Below, in pieces: positions 9,208-18,181 of a stretch of 64,000 nucleotides of DNA. The first letter of the stretch is position 1. Each line of letters begins with the position of its first letter. A model generated the notes under the pieces. That model did no database searches. It had not been told where the DNA came from and was given only the letters and a program-made list of their open reading frames with translations. This DNA comes from an archaeon (lineage in GTDB: Archaea > Iainarchaeota > Iainarchaeia > Iainarchaeales > JAAZKV01), in assembly GCA_041650735.1 (NCBI GenBank), contig JBAZKP010000001.1, positions 35,076-99,075 of the forward strand, given 5' to 3'. A program made the translations under genes and the position numbers.

Positions 9208-9660
9208 TTACTTCAACCCTTGCCCTTTAACAAAATTCAAATCACAATTAAGATCACTATTTGTTAAAACAGTTGAATTAACCGGCTGAACCTGGCCAGT
9301 CAGATTATTTAGCACACAAACCTCTGTTGATTCAGGCCCATAACAATTCCCAAAAGCAACCCAATTATAGAGCCCCATTACCCCGATATAAGCCGACCAA
9401 ACCAAAGAAACAATCATTATTATTGTCAAAACCCAGGAAATTGCCTCAAAATTCTTAAAAACAAACCTTCCAAGCAATTTGTTTCTTGCAGAAATCTTTG
9501 TTGAAATCTTCATCTTCATTTTAGTATCAAACGAGGTTGTACACTTGCGTAAAGTAACTCTCCTAAAAACACAATCCGCGGCTTCAAAAAAATAAGCCCT
9601 GTATTTTGCTGAAACCAGACCCAAAACAGCAAAAACCACTAATGCAATAATACAAATCAT
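9208..9660 (-). CDS. Cysteine-containing membrane protein, unknown function
   Basis: 150 aa, two TM helices. Cys pairs in 'ADCVFRRVTLRKC' and 'GNCYGPESTEVC'. Immediately upstream of the thioredoxin-fold gene on the same strand. Confidence 0.45.
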   Translation of the reverse strand: MICIIALVVFAVLGLVSAKYRAYFFEAADCVFRRVTLRKCTTSFDTKMKMKISTKISARNKLLGRFVFKNFEAISWVLTIIMIVSLVWSAYIGVMGLYNWVAFGNCYGPESTEVCVLNNLTGQVQPVNSTVLTNSDLNCDLNFVKGQGLK

Positions 9661-9775
9661 TTAAACCAAAACCAATTAAAAAAATCTGGGAGAAAACGTT
9701 TAAAAACAAAGGCAATACGTTTGGGAAATGCCTTTTCATTAAAAATACCTAAAAAAAAGATTTTTTTTTATAAAA

Positions 9776-11467
9776 TTATTCCTTAGAAAATTTTTTCTTT
9801 AATTCTTCAACCTGTTCATCTTCAAGTTTTTGGAACAATATTTCTCCCCTCAAAACCTTTTTTCCTCGAGGAATTTCTTCAAAACAATTCTCAAACCCAA
9901 CCTCAACAATTTTCTTTCCCTCATCCAGCATTCCAAAAACCTTTTCTGAGGCAGCAGGAACAAAAGGATAATACAAAACAGCAAGAACTTTAGCTAAATC
10001 AATGCACTCCGCAATAACAGAACCCGCTGCATCTTTATCAGTTTTTACTTTAATCCAAGGCTCCTGATCCTGCAAATATTTATTGCCAAGAGCACTTATT
10101 TCATTCACTTTTACCAATGCTTCCCTTAAATGAATCTTATTCATCAGATGCTTGTATTCTTCAACCAACGGCTTTGCCTGTTCAAGCAATTTATTTGATT
10201 TTTTTTCTTGCTTTATGGAGTCAAAAAACTTTTCATTAAGAGAAAAAACCCTGTTAATAAAATTACCATAATTGCCCACAAGCTCGGAATTAATTTTTCC
10301 CTTAAAATCATTCCACTCAAAAACAGAATCAGTTGATTGCGGCCTAATCCTAAATAAATAATATCTCCACACATCACTTACAATACCTGAATTAATCGCA
10401 TCATCCCCAAAAACACCAATGCCTTTACTCTTGGAAAATTTCTTATCCTCATAATTCAAGTAAGCGGTTGAATCAAGATAATCAACTAAATGAAACTTTT
10501 CTCTTGTACCAATAAGGAAAGCAGGAAACAAAATAGAATGAAAAGGAACATTATCCTTGCCCATGAACTGATAAAGTGTAATGTCATCAGCTCTCCACCA
10601 TTTCTCCCAATCCTCATGCAGGCACTCAATAGTTATTCCAATGTAGCCAATAGGTGCATCAAACCAACTGTAAATAACTTTCCCTTCCCATCCATCCAGC
10701 GGAACAGGAATACCCCATTCTAAATCACGAGTAATACTTCTTTCTCTCAAACCCTGTTTCAGCCATTGGTCAGTAATATTCAGAGCCAAAGTAGTCCAAG
10801 TATTTCTCTTAGTATCAATCCATTTTCTTAACTCAGGTTCCAATTTAGGCAAATCAATGTAAATATGTTTTGTTTTTTTCATCACAGGCTTAGACCCATC
10901 AAGTTTGCTAATTGGATTAATCAAATCCTTCTGGTCAAGTAAGTTACCGCAAGCATCACACTGGTCACCACGCGCACCCTTACTATGACAAAAAGGACAT
11001 TCACCCTCAACAAAACGATCACTCAAAAATTTTTTTGCATTCTCGGAATAAAGCTGCTCAGTTTCCTTTTCAATCAAAAAGCCATTTTCATGAAGTTTTA
11101 GGAAAATATGCTTAGTTATCTCTGCATTTTCTTTAGAAGAAGTTCTGCCCAAACAATCATAGCTTGTTTCAAACCAATCATAAATATTTTTGTGAATTGC
11201 AAAATACTTGTCAACTAACTGCCTCGGGGTTAAGCCTTCTTCTACTGCTTTTGCTTCAGCGGTTGTGCCATGTTCATCAGTACCAAGAACAAACAAAACC
11301 TCATTACCCTCTAAGCGCTTGAAACGCGCAAAAGCATCCGCACCGAGCACAGAGCCGACAAGATTACCTAAGTGAGGAACATTATTCACATAAGGCAAAG
11401 CACTTGTAACCAAAACACGATTCCTTTTTGAAACGCTTTTTTTCTTAACGGACTTTCTTACAGCCAT
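9776..11467 (-). CDS. metG: Methionyl-tRNA synthetase
   Basis: 'ALPYVNNVPHLGNLVG' (HIGH-type), 'KFSKSKG' (KMSKS), zinc knuckles 'CPFCHS..CDACG'. Confidence 0.92.
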   Translation of the reverse strand: MAVRKSVKKKSVSKRNRVLVTSALPYVNNVPHLGNLVGSVLGADAFARFKRLEGNEVLFVLGTDEHGTTAEAKAVEEGLTPRQLVDKYFAIHKNIYDWFETSYDCLGRTSSKENAEITKHIFLKLHENGFLIEKETEQLYSENAKKFLSDRFVEGECPFCHSKGARGDQCDACGNLLDQKDLINPISKLDGSKPVMKKTKHIYIDLPKLEPELRKWIDTKRNTWTTLALNITDQWLKQGLRERSITRDLEWGIPVPLDGWEGKVIYSWFDAPIGYIGITIECLHEDWEKWWRADDITLYQFMGKDNVPFHSILFPAFLIGTREKFHLVDYLDSTAYLNYEDKKFSKSKGIGVFGDDAINSGIVSDVWRYYLFRIRPQSTDSVFEWNDFKGKINSELVGNYGNFINRVFSLNEKFFDSIKQEKKSNKLLEQAKPLVEEYKHLMNKIHLREALVKVNEISALGNKYLQDQEPWIKVKTDKDAAGSVIAECIDLAKVLAVLYYPFVPAASEKVFGMLDEGKKIVEVGFENCFEEIPRGKKVLRGEILFQKLEDEQVEELKKKFSKE

Positions 11468-11534
11468 ATAATAAAAACCACGAAAAAGGGTTTAAAAAAG
11501 AACTTGATAAGGCAATACAGAATTAAGAAAAATC

Positions 11535-11879
11535 TTAAATAAGCATTACCATTTCCGCGGGAGAATCCTGTTTTTTTACAGCCTCTTCAAAAAATTTTTT
11601 CCCAGAACAAACCCAAGTTTCGTCCAAAAAATATTTTCTCTCATTTTTTATAAGAACCCCTTCTTCCACAAGCTGGTTTAATGTCTTATATACTGCCTGG
11701 GGAGAAATATTCCCGTTTTTGGATTTCTCCACAAGGACAACAAGTTGCTTACAGCTTAACCCGGGATAATGGGCAAGAAAAGAAATCAATGATTCACGAG
11801 TAGAATCAAAACGATTAATGTTGGAAGAAAAAGGAGACCTCAAATCAAAGACCTGCAAAGCCTGAGTTTTTTGAAGCAT
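11535..11879 (-). CDS. Small winged-helix DNA-binding protein
   Basis: 'LSCKQLVVLVEKSKNGNISPQAVYKTLNQLVEEGVLIK' is a wHTH pattern. TATA-like CTTTTATAC lies about 25 nt upstream of the ATG on the minus strand. Confidence 0.5.
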   Translation of the reverse strand: MLQKTQALQVFDLRSPFSSNINRFDSTRESLISFLAHYPGLSCKQLVVLVEKSKNGNISPQAVYKTLNQLVEEGVLIKNERKYFLDETWVCSGKKFFEEAVKKQDSPAEMVMLI

Positions 11880-11983
11880 AATAATTTGTCGAATAGGAAG
11901 TATAAAAGCCTGATTAAAAAAAATTCTTGTATATCATAAAAAAATTAGTAAGATTTAAATTTTGTTTGATATATCTATTTTTC

Positions 11984-12778
11984 ATGAAAAGCCTTCAAAT
12001 AATATTAATGGGGTGGGAATATGACAGAATCCTTTACGGAATAAAACAAAGACCGCCAAACAAAGTAATATTCATTTCCTCAGACCCTGAAAAGACTCCA
12101 GACAAGAACTGGGGGCAATCCTCAACCGCCCTCTCAGAAAAAATAGGGGAATCAATAAAATCACTCATTGATTATGAAATAGTTTTCTTCAAATACCATG
12201 AACTGGATGACTGCATGGAAAAAACCACTTTAATGCTGGAAAAAGCATGCAAAGAATATGATAATATAGAAGTAAATGTTTCAGCAGGCACTACTCTGCT
12301 AAAAATGGCTTTTATGCTAGCCTCCCAATATTATCCAATCAAGCTCTTTTATGTTATCCCTGCACAATACACTCACCCATGCGAAATAATAACAACAGGG
12401 GCAAGAGGGTTAGTTGAACTACCCTCAATAAACCTGTCCAAATTAGCACTACCAAAAAAGAAACAAGGGGAAATATTTATTTTAATTGGAAAAGACAAAA
12501 AATCTTTTACCACCATAACAAAAGAATATGCTAAACAAAAAGAAATACGCTTAAACGCAGACAAAACAAGGACACTAAAATCATGGTTATTCTATCACCT
12601 CAAAAAACTTGAACAGCAAAACCTCATAGAAATGAAAATTGAAAAAAAGGAATTATTCCTCTCGCTCACACAAACAGGCAAATTCATTAAACTTGTACTA
12701 GAACACAAAAAAAAGGAAAACGAACAACAAACAAAACTCAAAATAAAGAAAAAAAATAATATTAACTCATACGCATAA
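11984..12778 (+). CDS. Csa3/CARF-like Rossmann domain fused to a wHTH (DUF6293 / HFX_2341-like regulator)
   Basis: 'IILMGWEYDRILYGI', 'NKVIFISS', 'NVSAGTTLLKMAFMLAS', 'LFYVIPAQY' parallel the Csa3-like N-domain. C-terminal 'LFYHLKKLEQQNLIE' is a wHTH. ATG at 11984 with TTTAAAT box 30 nt upstream is preferred over the TTG at 11927. Confidence 0.5.
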   Translation: MKSLQIILMGWEYDRILYGIKQRPPNKVIFISSDPEKTPDKNWGQSSTALSEKIGESIKSLIDYEIVFFKYHELDDCMEKTTLMLEKACKEYDNIEVNVSAGTTLLKMAFMLASQYYPIKLFYVIPAQYTHPCEIITTGARGLVELPSINLSKLALPKKKQGEIFILIGKDKKSFTTITKEYAKQKEIRLNADKTRTLKSWLFYHLKKLEQQNLIEMKIEKKELFLSLTQTGKFIKLVLEHKKKENEQQTKLKIKKKNNINSYA

Positions 12779-13061
12779 AAATCAGGAATTTTTATAAAAA
12801 AAATAATTCAACTTTTTGGTTGAAAAAAAATCAACCTGCAAGTTGAGGAAATTTCTACCAAGAATATATTAATCCCCTTAACAGCTATTTCTACGTGGAA
12901 GAAAGAATAATTAATTACGAAAATGAAAACCAGGTTCAAGAAATAATTTCCTCTATGAATTTAGAAGATTTTCTTTTAGTGGAACACAAACCAAAAACAA
13001 AACAATTATTTTTCAAAAAATTCCCGACACAACCCGAAACACTGATAATAAGTGACCCTTA

Positions 13062-13379
13062 ATGATAAGCGTACTAAATAATGCATACTTCAGGAAAGCA
13101 CAGGAGCACCCAAACTTTTCGCTTACTCACCAAAAAATACTTTTCTTTCTCCTGTATGACAAAAAATATTACTCAAAACATGAACTCCTTTACCTAACCA
13201 ACCATAACCAGACACAATTAGAAAAAATTATTAAGGAGCTGGAACAAACAGGAACAATAAAAACAGAAGGGTGGCTTGTCAAAGCATGCGAACAAGAAAT
13301 ACTGCACAAACAATTATGCCCCGAACTAATACTATCCGAAAACCCAAAAATAAATACTTCTAAAACTAAAAACCTATAA
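13062..13379 (+). CDS. Hypothetical 105-aa protein, possible wHTH
   Basis: 'HQKILFFLLYDKKYYSKHELLYLTNHNQTQLEKIIKELEQTGTIK'. The ATG overlaps the stop of a possible 55-codon upstream ORF (TAATG). Confidence 0.45.
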   Translation: MISVLNNAYFRKAQEHPNFSLTHQKILFFLLYDKKYYSKHELLYLTNHNQTQLEKIIKELEQTGTIKTEGWLVKACEQEILHKQLCPELILSENPKINTSKTKNL

Positions 13380-13417
13380 CCGAAAGCATTTAATAGTGCC
13401 AAAACAAATAATTGTAT

Positions 13418-13741
13418 ATGAAACAAATTTTGAGGAAAACAATTAAGCGTGCAACCACCCCTACCAAGACAATAAGTGTTGTAATAAGGGCGGGAAGAAT
13501 TGCTAGAATTCGGGCACAAAGAACAAAAAAAGCAAAAAAATTTGCGGAAGTTAGAAGTGCTATTGAATCAAGAATAAGAAGACAAAGGAATTTGGCAAAA
13601 AGTATTGTTAAAGGGGAAACCCCTTGGGAAATTTTAAAAAACCAAAAACAAGCAAAAGACATCCTTAGAAGGCTTAGGACAAAACAAATAGACTCTGAAA
13701 GAGCTTTGAAAGAAATGCTTGTTCTGGTAAAAAGACAATAA
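13418..13741 (+). CDS. Hypothetical highly basic 107-aa protein
   Basis: R/K-rich ORF on the A-rich strand. ATG at 13418 preferred over the TTG at 13412. Confidence 0.4.
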   Translation: MKQILRKTIKRATTPTKTISVVIRAGRIARIRAQRTKKAKKFAEVRSAIESRIRRQRNLAKSIVKGETPWEILKNQKQAKDILRRLRTKQIDSERALKEMLVLVKRQ

Positions 13742-13752
13742 CCTGAAAAAAA

Positions 13753-15225
13753 TTATTCTTTCTTTTCAGGTCTCATTTGGGGAAACAAAATAACATCCCT
13801 TATTGTGGAAGAATTAGTCAAAAGCATTACTAATCTATCTATTCCCAAACCCATTCCGCCCGCAGGAGGCATACCATAGCCAATAGAGTCAAGGAAATCA
13901 TCATCAAGCGGATGATTCTCTCCCTTTGCCCTACCCTGGTCCTTTTGTTCTTCAAAAAAAGCTCTCTGCAAAACAGGATCATTTAATTCAGAATAACCAT
14001 TGCATAATTCCCCACCATTAACATAACATTCTGTTCTCTCAATAAGTTTTTCACAATCCTCTCTTGAAGGCTTGCATAAAGGAGTAGTTTCTTTTGGGTA
14101 CTCCAAAACCCACGTAGGCTGAATTAATTCAGCTTCAAAAAAATGATCAAAGAGTTCAGCAACAACCAAACCCCATTTTTTTTCATCAGCATTAATCTCT
14201 ATTCCTTCTTTCTGCGCAATCTCAAGCAAATCCTCTAACCCCATTTTTCTTACATCCCTCCCAAGCTTTTCATTTAGAGAATCAATCATCTTAATCCTTT
14301 TCCAAGGAGCCTTCAAATCAATTTCTTTTCCTTCAAAATTTACTTTTGTAGTACCAAGAACTTTCTTCACAACAAACTCAACCATTTCTTCAGTCAAAGA
14401 AATCATATCATTCAAATCAGCATAAGCCCAGTAATACTCAGACATCGTGAATTCAGGGTTATGGGTTCTATCAACATCCTCATTCCTGAAATTCTTGCAA
14501 ACAGTATAAACTTTATCATATCCCCCGACAAGCAAACGCTTCAAGTAAAGCTCTGGAGAAATACTTAAATAAAAATTTGATTTCCATGCATTTGAAATTG
14601 TTGTATAAGGTCTTGCATTAGCTCCCCCATAATTAGGCTGAAGAACAGGAATCTCTACTTCAAGAAAACCTTTAGAATCAAGGAATTCGCGCCAAGCAGA
14701 AATAATTTTTGACCTCTTAACAAACACTTCTTTTACTTCAGGATTCATTATCAAATCAAGATACCTCTTCCTGTGCCTGATTTCAATATCCTGCAAACCA
14801 TGAAACTTTTCAGGCAAAGGCAAAATACTTTTTGAAAGCATTTCAAGAGAATCAACCAAAATACTTAATTCTCCTCTCTGTGTCCGGTATACTTTTCCTT
14901 TTGCCCCTACAAAATCACCCAAATCAACAAGGTCAAGCAAATCAAAAGCTCCTTGACTTGTAACTCCTTTTCTGAAAAAAAACTGAATAGTGCCGGTAGA
15001 ATCCATTACTTTCAAAAAAGCAATTGCGCCAAAAGAACGCTTAGCCATAACACGCCCAGCAACATTAAACACAGGACCAGTTTCCTCATTCTTCAAAGAA
15101 ACAAAATCCTTTGCTAAATTAACAGCATAAGAAGAAACCTCAAAACCATAAGGATAAGGATTAATCCCCTTTTCTTTTAATTTCTGCAAATTATCCTTCT
15201 TTGCCTTTACTAAATCATTCTCCAT
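13753..15225 (-). CDS. lysS: Lysyl-tRNA synthetase, class II
   Basis: OB-fold N-domain, class II motif 2 'FRNEDVDRTHNPEFTMSEYYWAY', motif 3 'GGMGLGIDRLVMLL'. ATG at 15225 (MENDLVKAKK) removes a hydrophobic 16-aa extension. Confidence 0.9.
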   Translation of the reverse strand: MENDLVKAKKDNLQKLKEKGINPYPYGFEVSSYAVNLAKDFVSLKNEETGPVFNVAGRVMAKRSFGAIAFLKVMDSTGTIQFFFRKGVTSQGAFDLLDLVDLGDFVGAKGKVYRTQRGELSILVDSLEMLSKSILPLPEKFHGLQDIEIRHRKRYLDLIMNPEVKEVFVKRSKIISAWREFLDSKGFLEVEIPVLQPNYGGANARPYTTISNAWKSNFYLSISPELYLKRLLVGGYDKVYTVCKNFRNEDVDRTHNPEFTMSEYYWAYADLNDMISLTEEMVEFVVKKVLGTTKVNFEGKEIDLKAPWKRIKMIDSLNEKLGRDVRKMGLEDLLEIAQKEGIEINADEKKWGLVVAELFDHFFEAELIQPTWVLEYPKETTPLCKPSREDCEKLIERTECYVNGGELCNGYSELNDPVLQRAFFEEQKDQGRAKGENHPLDDDFLDSIGYGMPPAGGMGLGIDRLVMLLTNSSTIRDVILFPQMRPEKKE

Positions 15226-15247
15226 AAAAACAACCAACAAAAAATTA

Positions 15248-15877
15248 TTATTTAATATTAAAAAGTTCCTCAAGCTCTTTAGCCGCTTTTTGCATAGAAG
15301 GAACTACACTCAAAAAATGCACATAATCCACCGCTATATGCCCAATAGCATCAGAAGCATTTGCATGATAATACTTAACTTCCGCTGGATTAACCTTATA
15401 TTTACCAGCCTGCTCCACTTTGCTAACCTCTTCCCCCGTCTGATACAAATTAACTAATAAATTAAGCCTTTTCGCCAAGTGATTTAATTCCTGATGAAGA
15501 GCCTGTACAACTACTACCCTATCAACTCTTTTTACTCGAGCTACATTTGAAACAAATTTATAAACCTCTTTTTTAACCGCCTGATGAGTCGCCTTATCAT
15601 CAACTCCTTTTTTATCATGAGCCTTAAGTGAAGCAAAAAGAAGTGACTCAAATTGTTGCTTTGATGACAAAGGATTTCTAAATAAATAATTCTTTGTATA
15701 ACGTAAAAATAATTTTTGCGCAAAAGGGTGCTTCCAGTCTTTTCCTCTTAACTCCTCATTCGAAGCAATCTTTTTTCCATAACCCCTAGCCCCAGACTTT
15801 TCAATTATCCTCGCAGCAATATTAAGCGCCTTATCCGAAAAAGTCTTATGAACAGCAAAAACCTTCCTACGAACCAT
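15248..15877 (-). CDS. Hypothetical 209-aa protein, co-oriented 22 nt upstream of lysS
   Basis: Long ORF with native-like composition. No recognisable motif. Confidence 0.5.
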   Translation of the reverse strand: MVRRKVFAVHKTFSDKALNIAARIIEKSGARGYGKKIASNEELRGKDWKHPFAQKLFLRYTKNYLFRNPLSSKQQFESLLFASLKAHDKKGVDDKATHQAVKKEVYKFVSNVARVKRVDRVVVVQALHQELNHLAKRLNLLVNLYQTGEEVSKVEQAGKYKVNPAEVKYYHANASDAIGHIAVDYVHFLSVVPSMQKAAKELEELFNIK

Positions 15878-16247
15878 AATGAATTAACGCTTAAAAACAT
15901 TAAAAAAGCTTAGCAAGGAACAAAGGTTACTAATGAAAAACACTCTACATATAATATACAAAATGTTACACCTAAATCAAAAGATTCTTTAATAATAATC
16001 AGGAATACTAATTAATCATGGAATTTAAGGATTTTGTCTGGAGTCACTACTTATAGGCTCACCAGGCTTAGGCTCCAGACAAATCATCCTATTTCTCTTT
16101 CTTCCCATATTTTCATAGGCATTTTTAATGCTAATTCTAAAACAAATATATTCGTCTGGCGATGGGAATAAACTACAGAAACATAAAAAAAGAGGTTTTA
16201 TTTTTAAAAAATTAAATTGATTTAAAAAAATTGGGAGTGAATAAAAA

Positions 16248-17408
16248 ATGAAACAAAATGAAACAAAATTTGGGAAATTTGGGGGAATGTTTGTTCCCGA
16301 AATGATGGTGCCTGCACAAAAGGAATTATATGAAGCATTCAACAAATACGCTAACACAAAGGAATTCAAAGAAGAACTTAACTATTTACTAAAAGAATTT
16401 GCCGGAAGACCAACCCCTCTTTATTATGCAAAAAATATGTCAAACGAGCTAGGATTCAAAATTTACTTAAAAAGAGAAGATTTACTTCACAGCGGAGCAC
16501 ACAAAATAAACAATACTTTGGGGCAAGCACTGCTCGCAAAAAAAATGGGTAAAAAAGAAATCATAGCGGAAACGGGGGCAGGACAACACGGAGTTGCAAC
16601 AGCAATAGTCGGAGCACTATTAAAAATCCCAACAAAAGTATTCATGGGAGAAGTGGATGTGGAAAGACAAAAACTAAATGTATACAGAATGAAATTGTTT
16701 GGGGCAGAAGTAATTCCAGTAACAAGCGGATCAAGAACACTAAAAGATGCTGTAAACGAAGCATTGAGATATTATTTAGCAAACGTAGAAACCTGTTACT
16801 ATTTGATAGGAAGCGTAGTGGGACCACACCCTTACCCAAAAATAGTTCAACACTTCCAAAAAATAATTGGAAAAGAAACAAAAGAACAAATACTTGAAAA
16901 AGAAAAAAAATCACCAACCGCAATTATAGCATGCGTAGGAGGGGGAAGCAACTCCATAGGAATATTTGATGCATTCCTAAAAGACAAAGAAGTTCAATTG
17001 ATTGGAGTAGAGGCAGGGGGAAACGGAATAAAACACGGAAAAACACTCGGAGAAGGAACTATAGGAATATTTCAAGGAAGCAAATCCTATGTTTTGCAAA
17101 CAAAAGACGGACAAATAGAAGAAGCACACAGTATTTCTGCGGGATTAGATTATCCGGGAGTAGGACCAATGCATTCATATTTGAAGGAAAGCAAAAGAGC
17201 AACTTATGTAAGCGCAACAGATAACGAAGCAGTACAAGCACTAAAATATTTGAGTAAAATGGAAGGAATACTACCTGCACTTGAATCCGCACATGCAATA
17301 GCTTACGTTCTGAAAAATAAAAACAAATTCAAAAAAGAAGATATTGTTGTTATTTGTCTCTCCGGAAGAGGGGACAAAGATGTAAACCAATTATTGGAGG
17401 TGCAATAA
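16248..17408 (+). CDS. trpB: Tryptophan synthase beta chain
   Basis: '[14 protein letters not shown]', PLP-lysine motif 'HSGAHKINN', 'GGGSNSIG'. SD-like GGGAGTGA upstream. Confidence 0.93.
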   Translation: MKQNETKFGKFGGMFVPEMMVPAQKELYEAFNKYANTKEFKEELNYLLKEFAGRPTPLYYAKNMSNELGFKIYLKREDLLHSGAHKINNTLGQALLAKKMGKKEIIAETGAGQHGVATAIVGALLKIPTKVFMGEVDVERQKLNVYRMKLFGAEVIPVTSGSRTLKDAVNEALRYYLANVETCYYLIGSVVGPHPYPKIVQHFQKIIGKETKEQILEKEKKSPTAIIACVGGGSNSIGIFDAFLKDKEVQLIGVEAGGNGIKHGKTLGEGTIGIFQGSKSYVLQTKDGQIEEAHSISAGLDYPGVGPMHSYLKESKRATYVSATDNEAVQALKYLSKMEGILPALESAHAIAYVLKNKNKFKKEDIVVICLSGRGDKDVNQLLEVQ

Positions 17409-18181
17409 TGTTTGGAAAAAAAACATTCATGCCATTTGTAGTACTAGGGGACCCTAATTATGAAGAATCAATAAAAATAATTAAAGGATTAATAAAAAAC
17501 GGGGCAAACGCACTCGAACTCGGATTTGCATTTAGTGACCCAATAGCAGATGGGCCAGTAATCCAAAGAGCAAATAATAGAGCGCTTGGAAATGGGATAA
17601 CAACTGAAAAAAATTTTAAAATACTTGAGGAAATAAGAAACAAATCTAAAATACCAATCAGCTTAATGTTAAGTTACAATCTGGTTTACAAATATGGAAC
17701 AGAAAACTTTTACAAAAAATGCAAAGAGCTCAAAATTGATGCAATCCTTTGCCCTGATGTACCCATCGAAGAATCAGAAGAACTCGTGGCAAACTCAAAA
17801 AAACATAAAATAAACCAAGTGTTTCTAGTTTCACCAACCACAACTCAGGAGAGAATGAAACAATTAAACAAAGTATGCAAAGGATACGTTTACCTTGTCT
17901 CACTGCTAGGCACAACAGGAACAAGGGAAGAACTAAACACAAAATTGCCGGAACTAATAAAACTGACTAAAAAAGAAATGAAATTACCCGTTTATGTCGG
18001 ATTCGGGATAAGCAAGCCAGAACACGCTAAAAATGTAATACAATTAGGGGCAGACGGGGCAATATGCGGATCAGCCTTTTGTAGAATAATAGAAGAAAAC
18101 CTTGGGGACAATAAAAAAATGCAAAATAGTATTGAAAAGTTCTGCAAAGAAATGAGTACGGTGATAAAAAATGAAAATTAA
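17408..18181 (+). CDS. trpA: Tryptophan synthase alpha chain
   Basis: 'LELGFAFSDPIADGPVIQ', 'VGFGIS'. The ATG overlaps the trpB stop (TAATG) and follows GGAGGTG. Confidence 0.88.
   Translation: MFGKKTFMPFVVLGDPNYEESIKIIKGLIKNGANALELGFAFSDPIADGPVIQRANNRALGNGITTEKNFKILEEIRNKSKIPISLMLSYNLVYKYGTENFYKKCKELKIDAILCPDVPIEESEELVANSKKHKINQVFLVSPTTTQERMKQLNKVCKGYVYLVSLLGTTGTREELNTKLPELIKLTKKEMKLPVYVGFGISKPEHAKNVIQLGADGAICGSAFCRIIEENLGDNKKMQNSIEKFCKEMSTVIKNEN

Noticed and set aside
16029-16089. The long hairpin as a tRNA, SRP RNA or C/D-box sRNA
   Set aside because: No cloverleaf can be drawn. There is no GGAA/GNAR plus AGCA SRP helix-8 motif, and no RUGAUGA/CUGA box pairs nearby. It is kept only as an unexplained structure.
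16025-16369. 114-aa minus-strand ORF spanning the trpB upstream region and the trpB start
   Set aside because: The composition is F/L/C/S/I-rich, typical of reading the T-rich antisense of A-rich DNA. It overlaps the well-supported trpB start and its SD. I recognise no motif in it.
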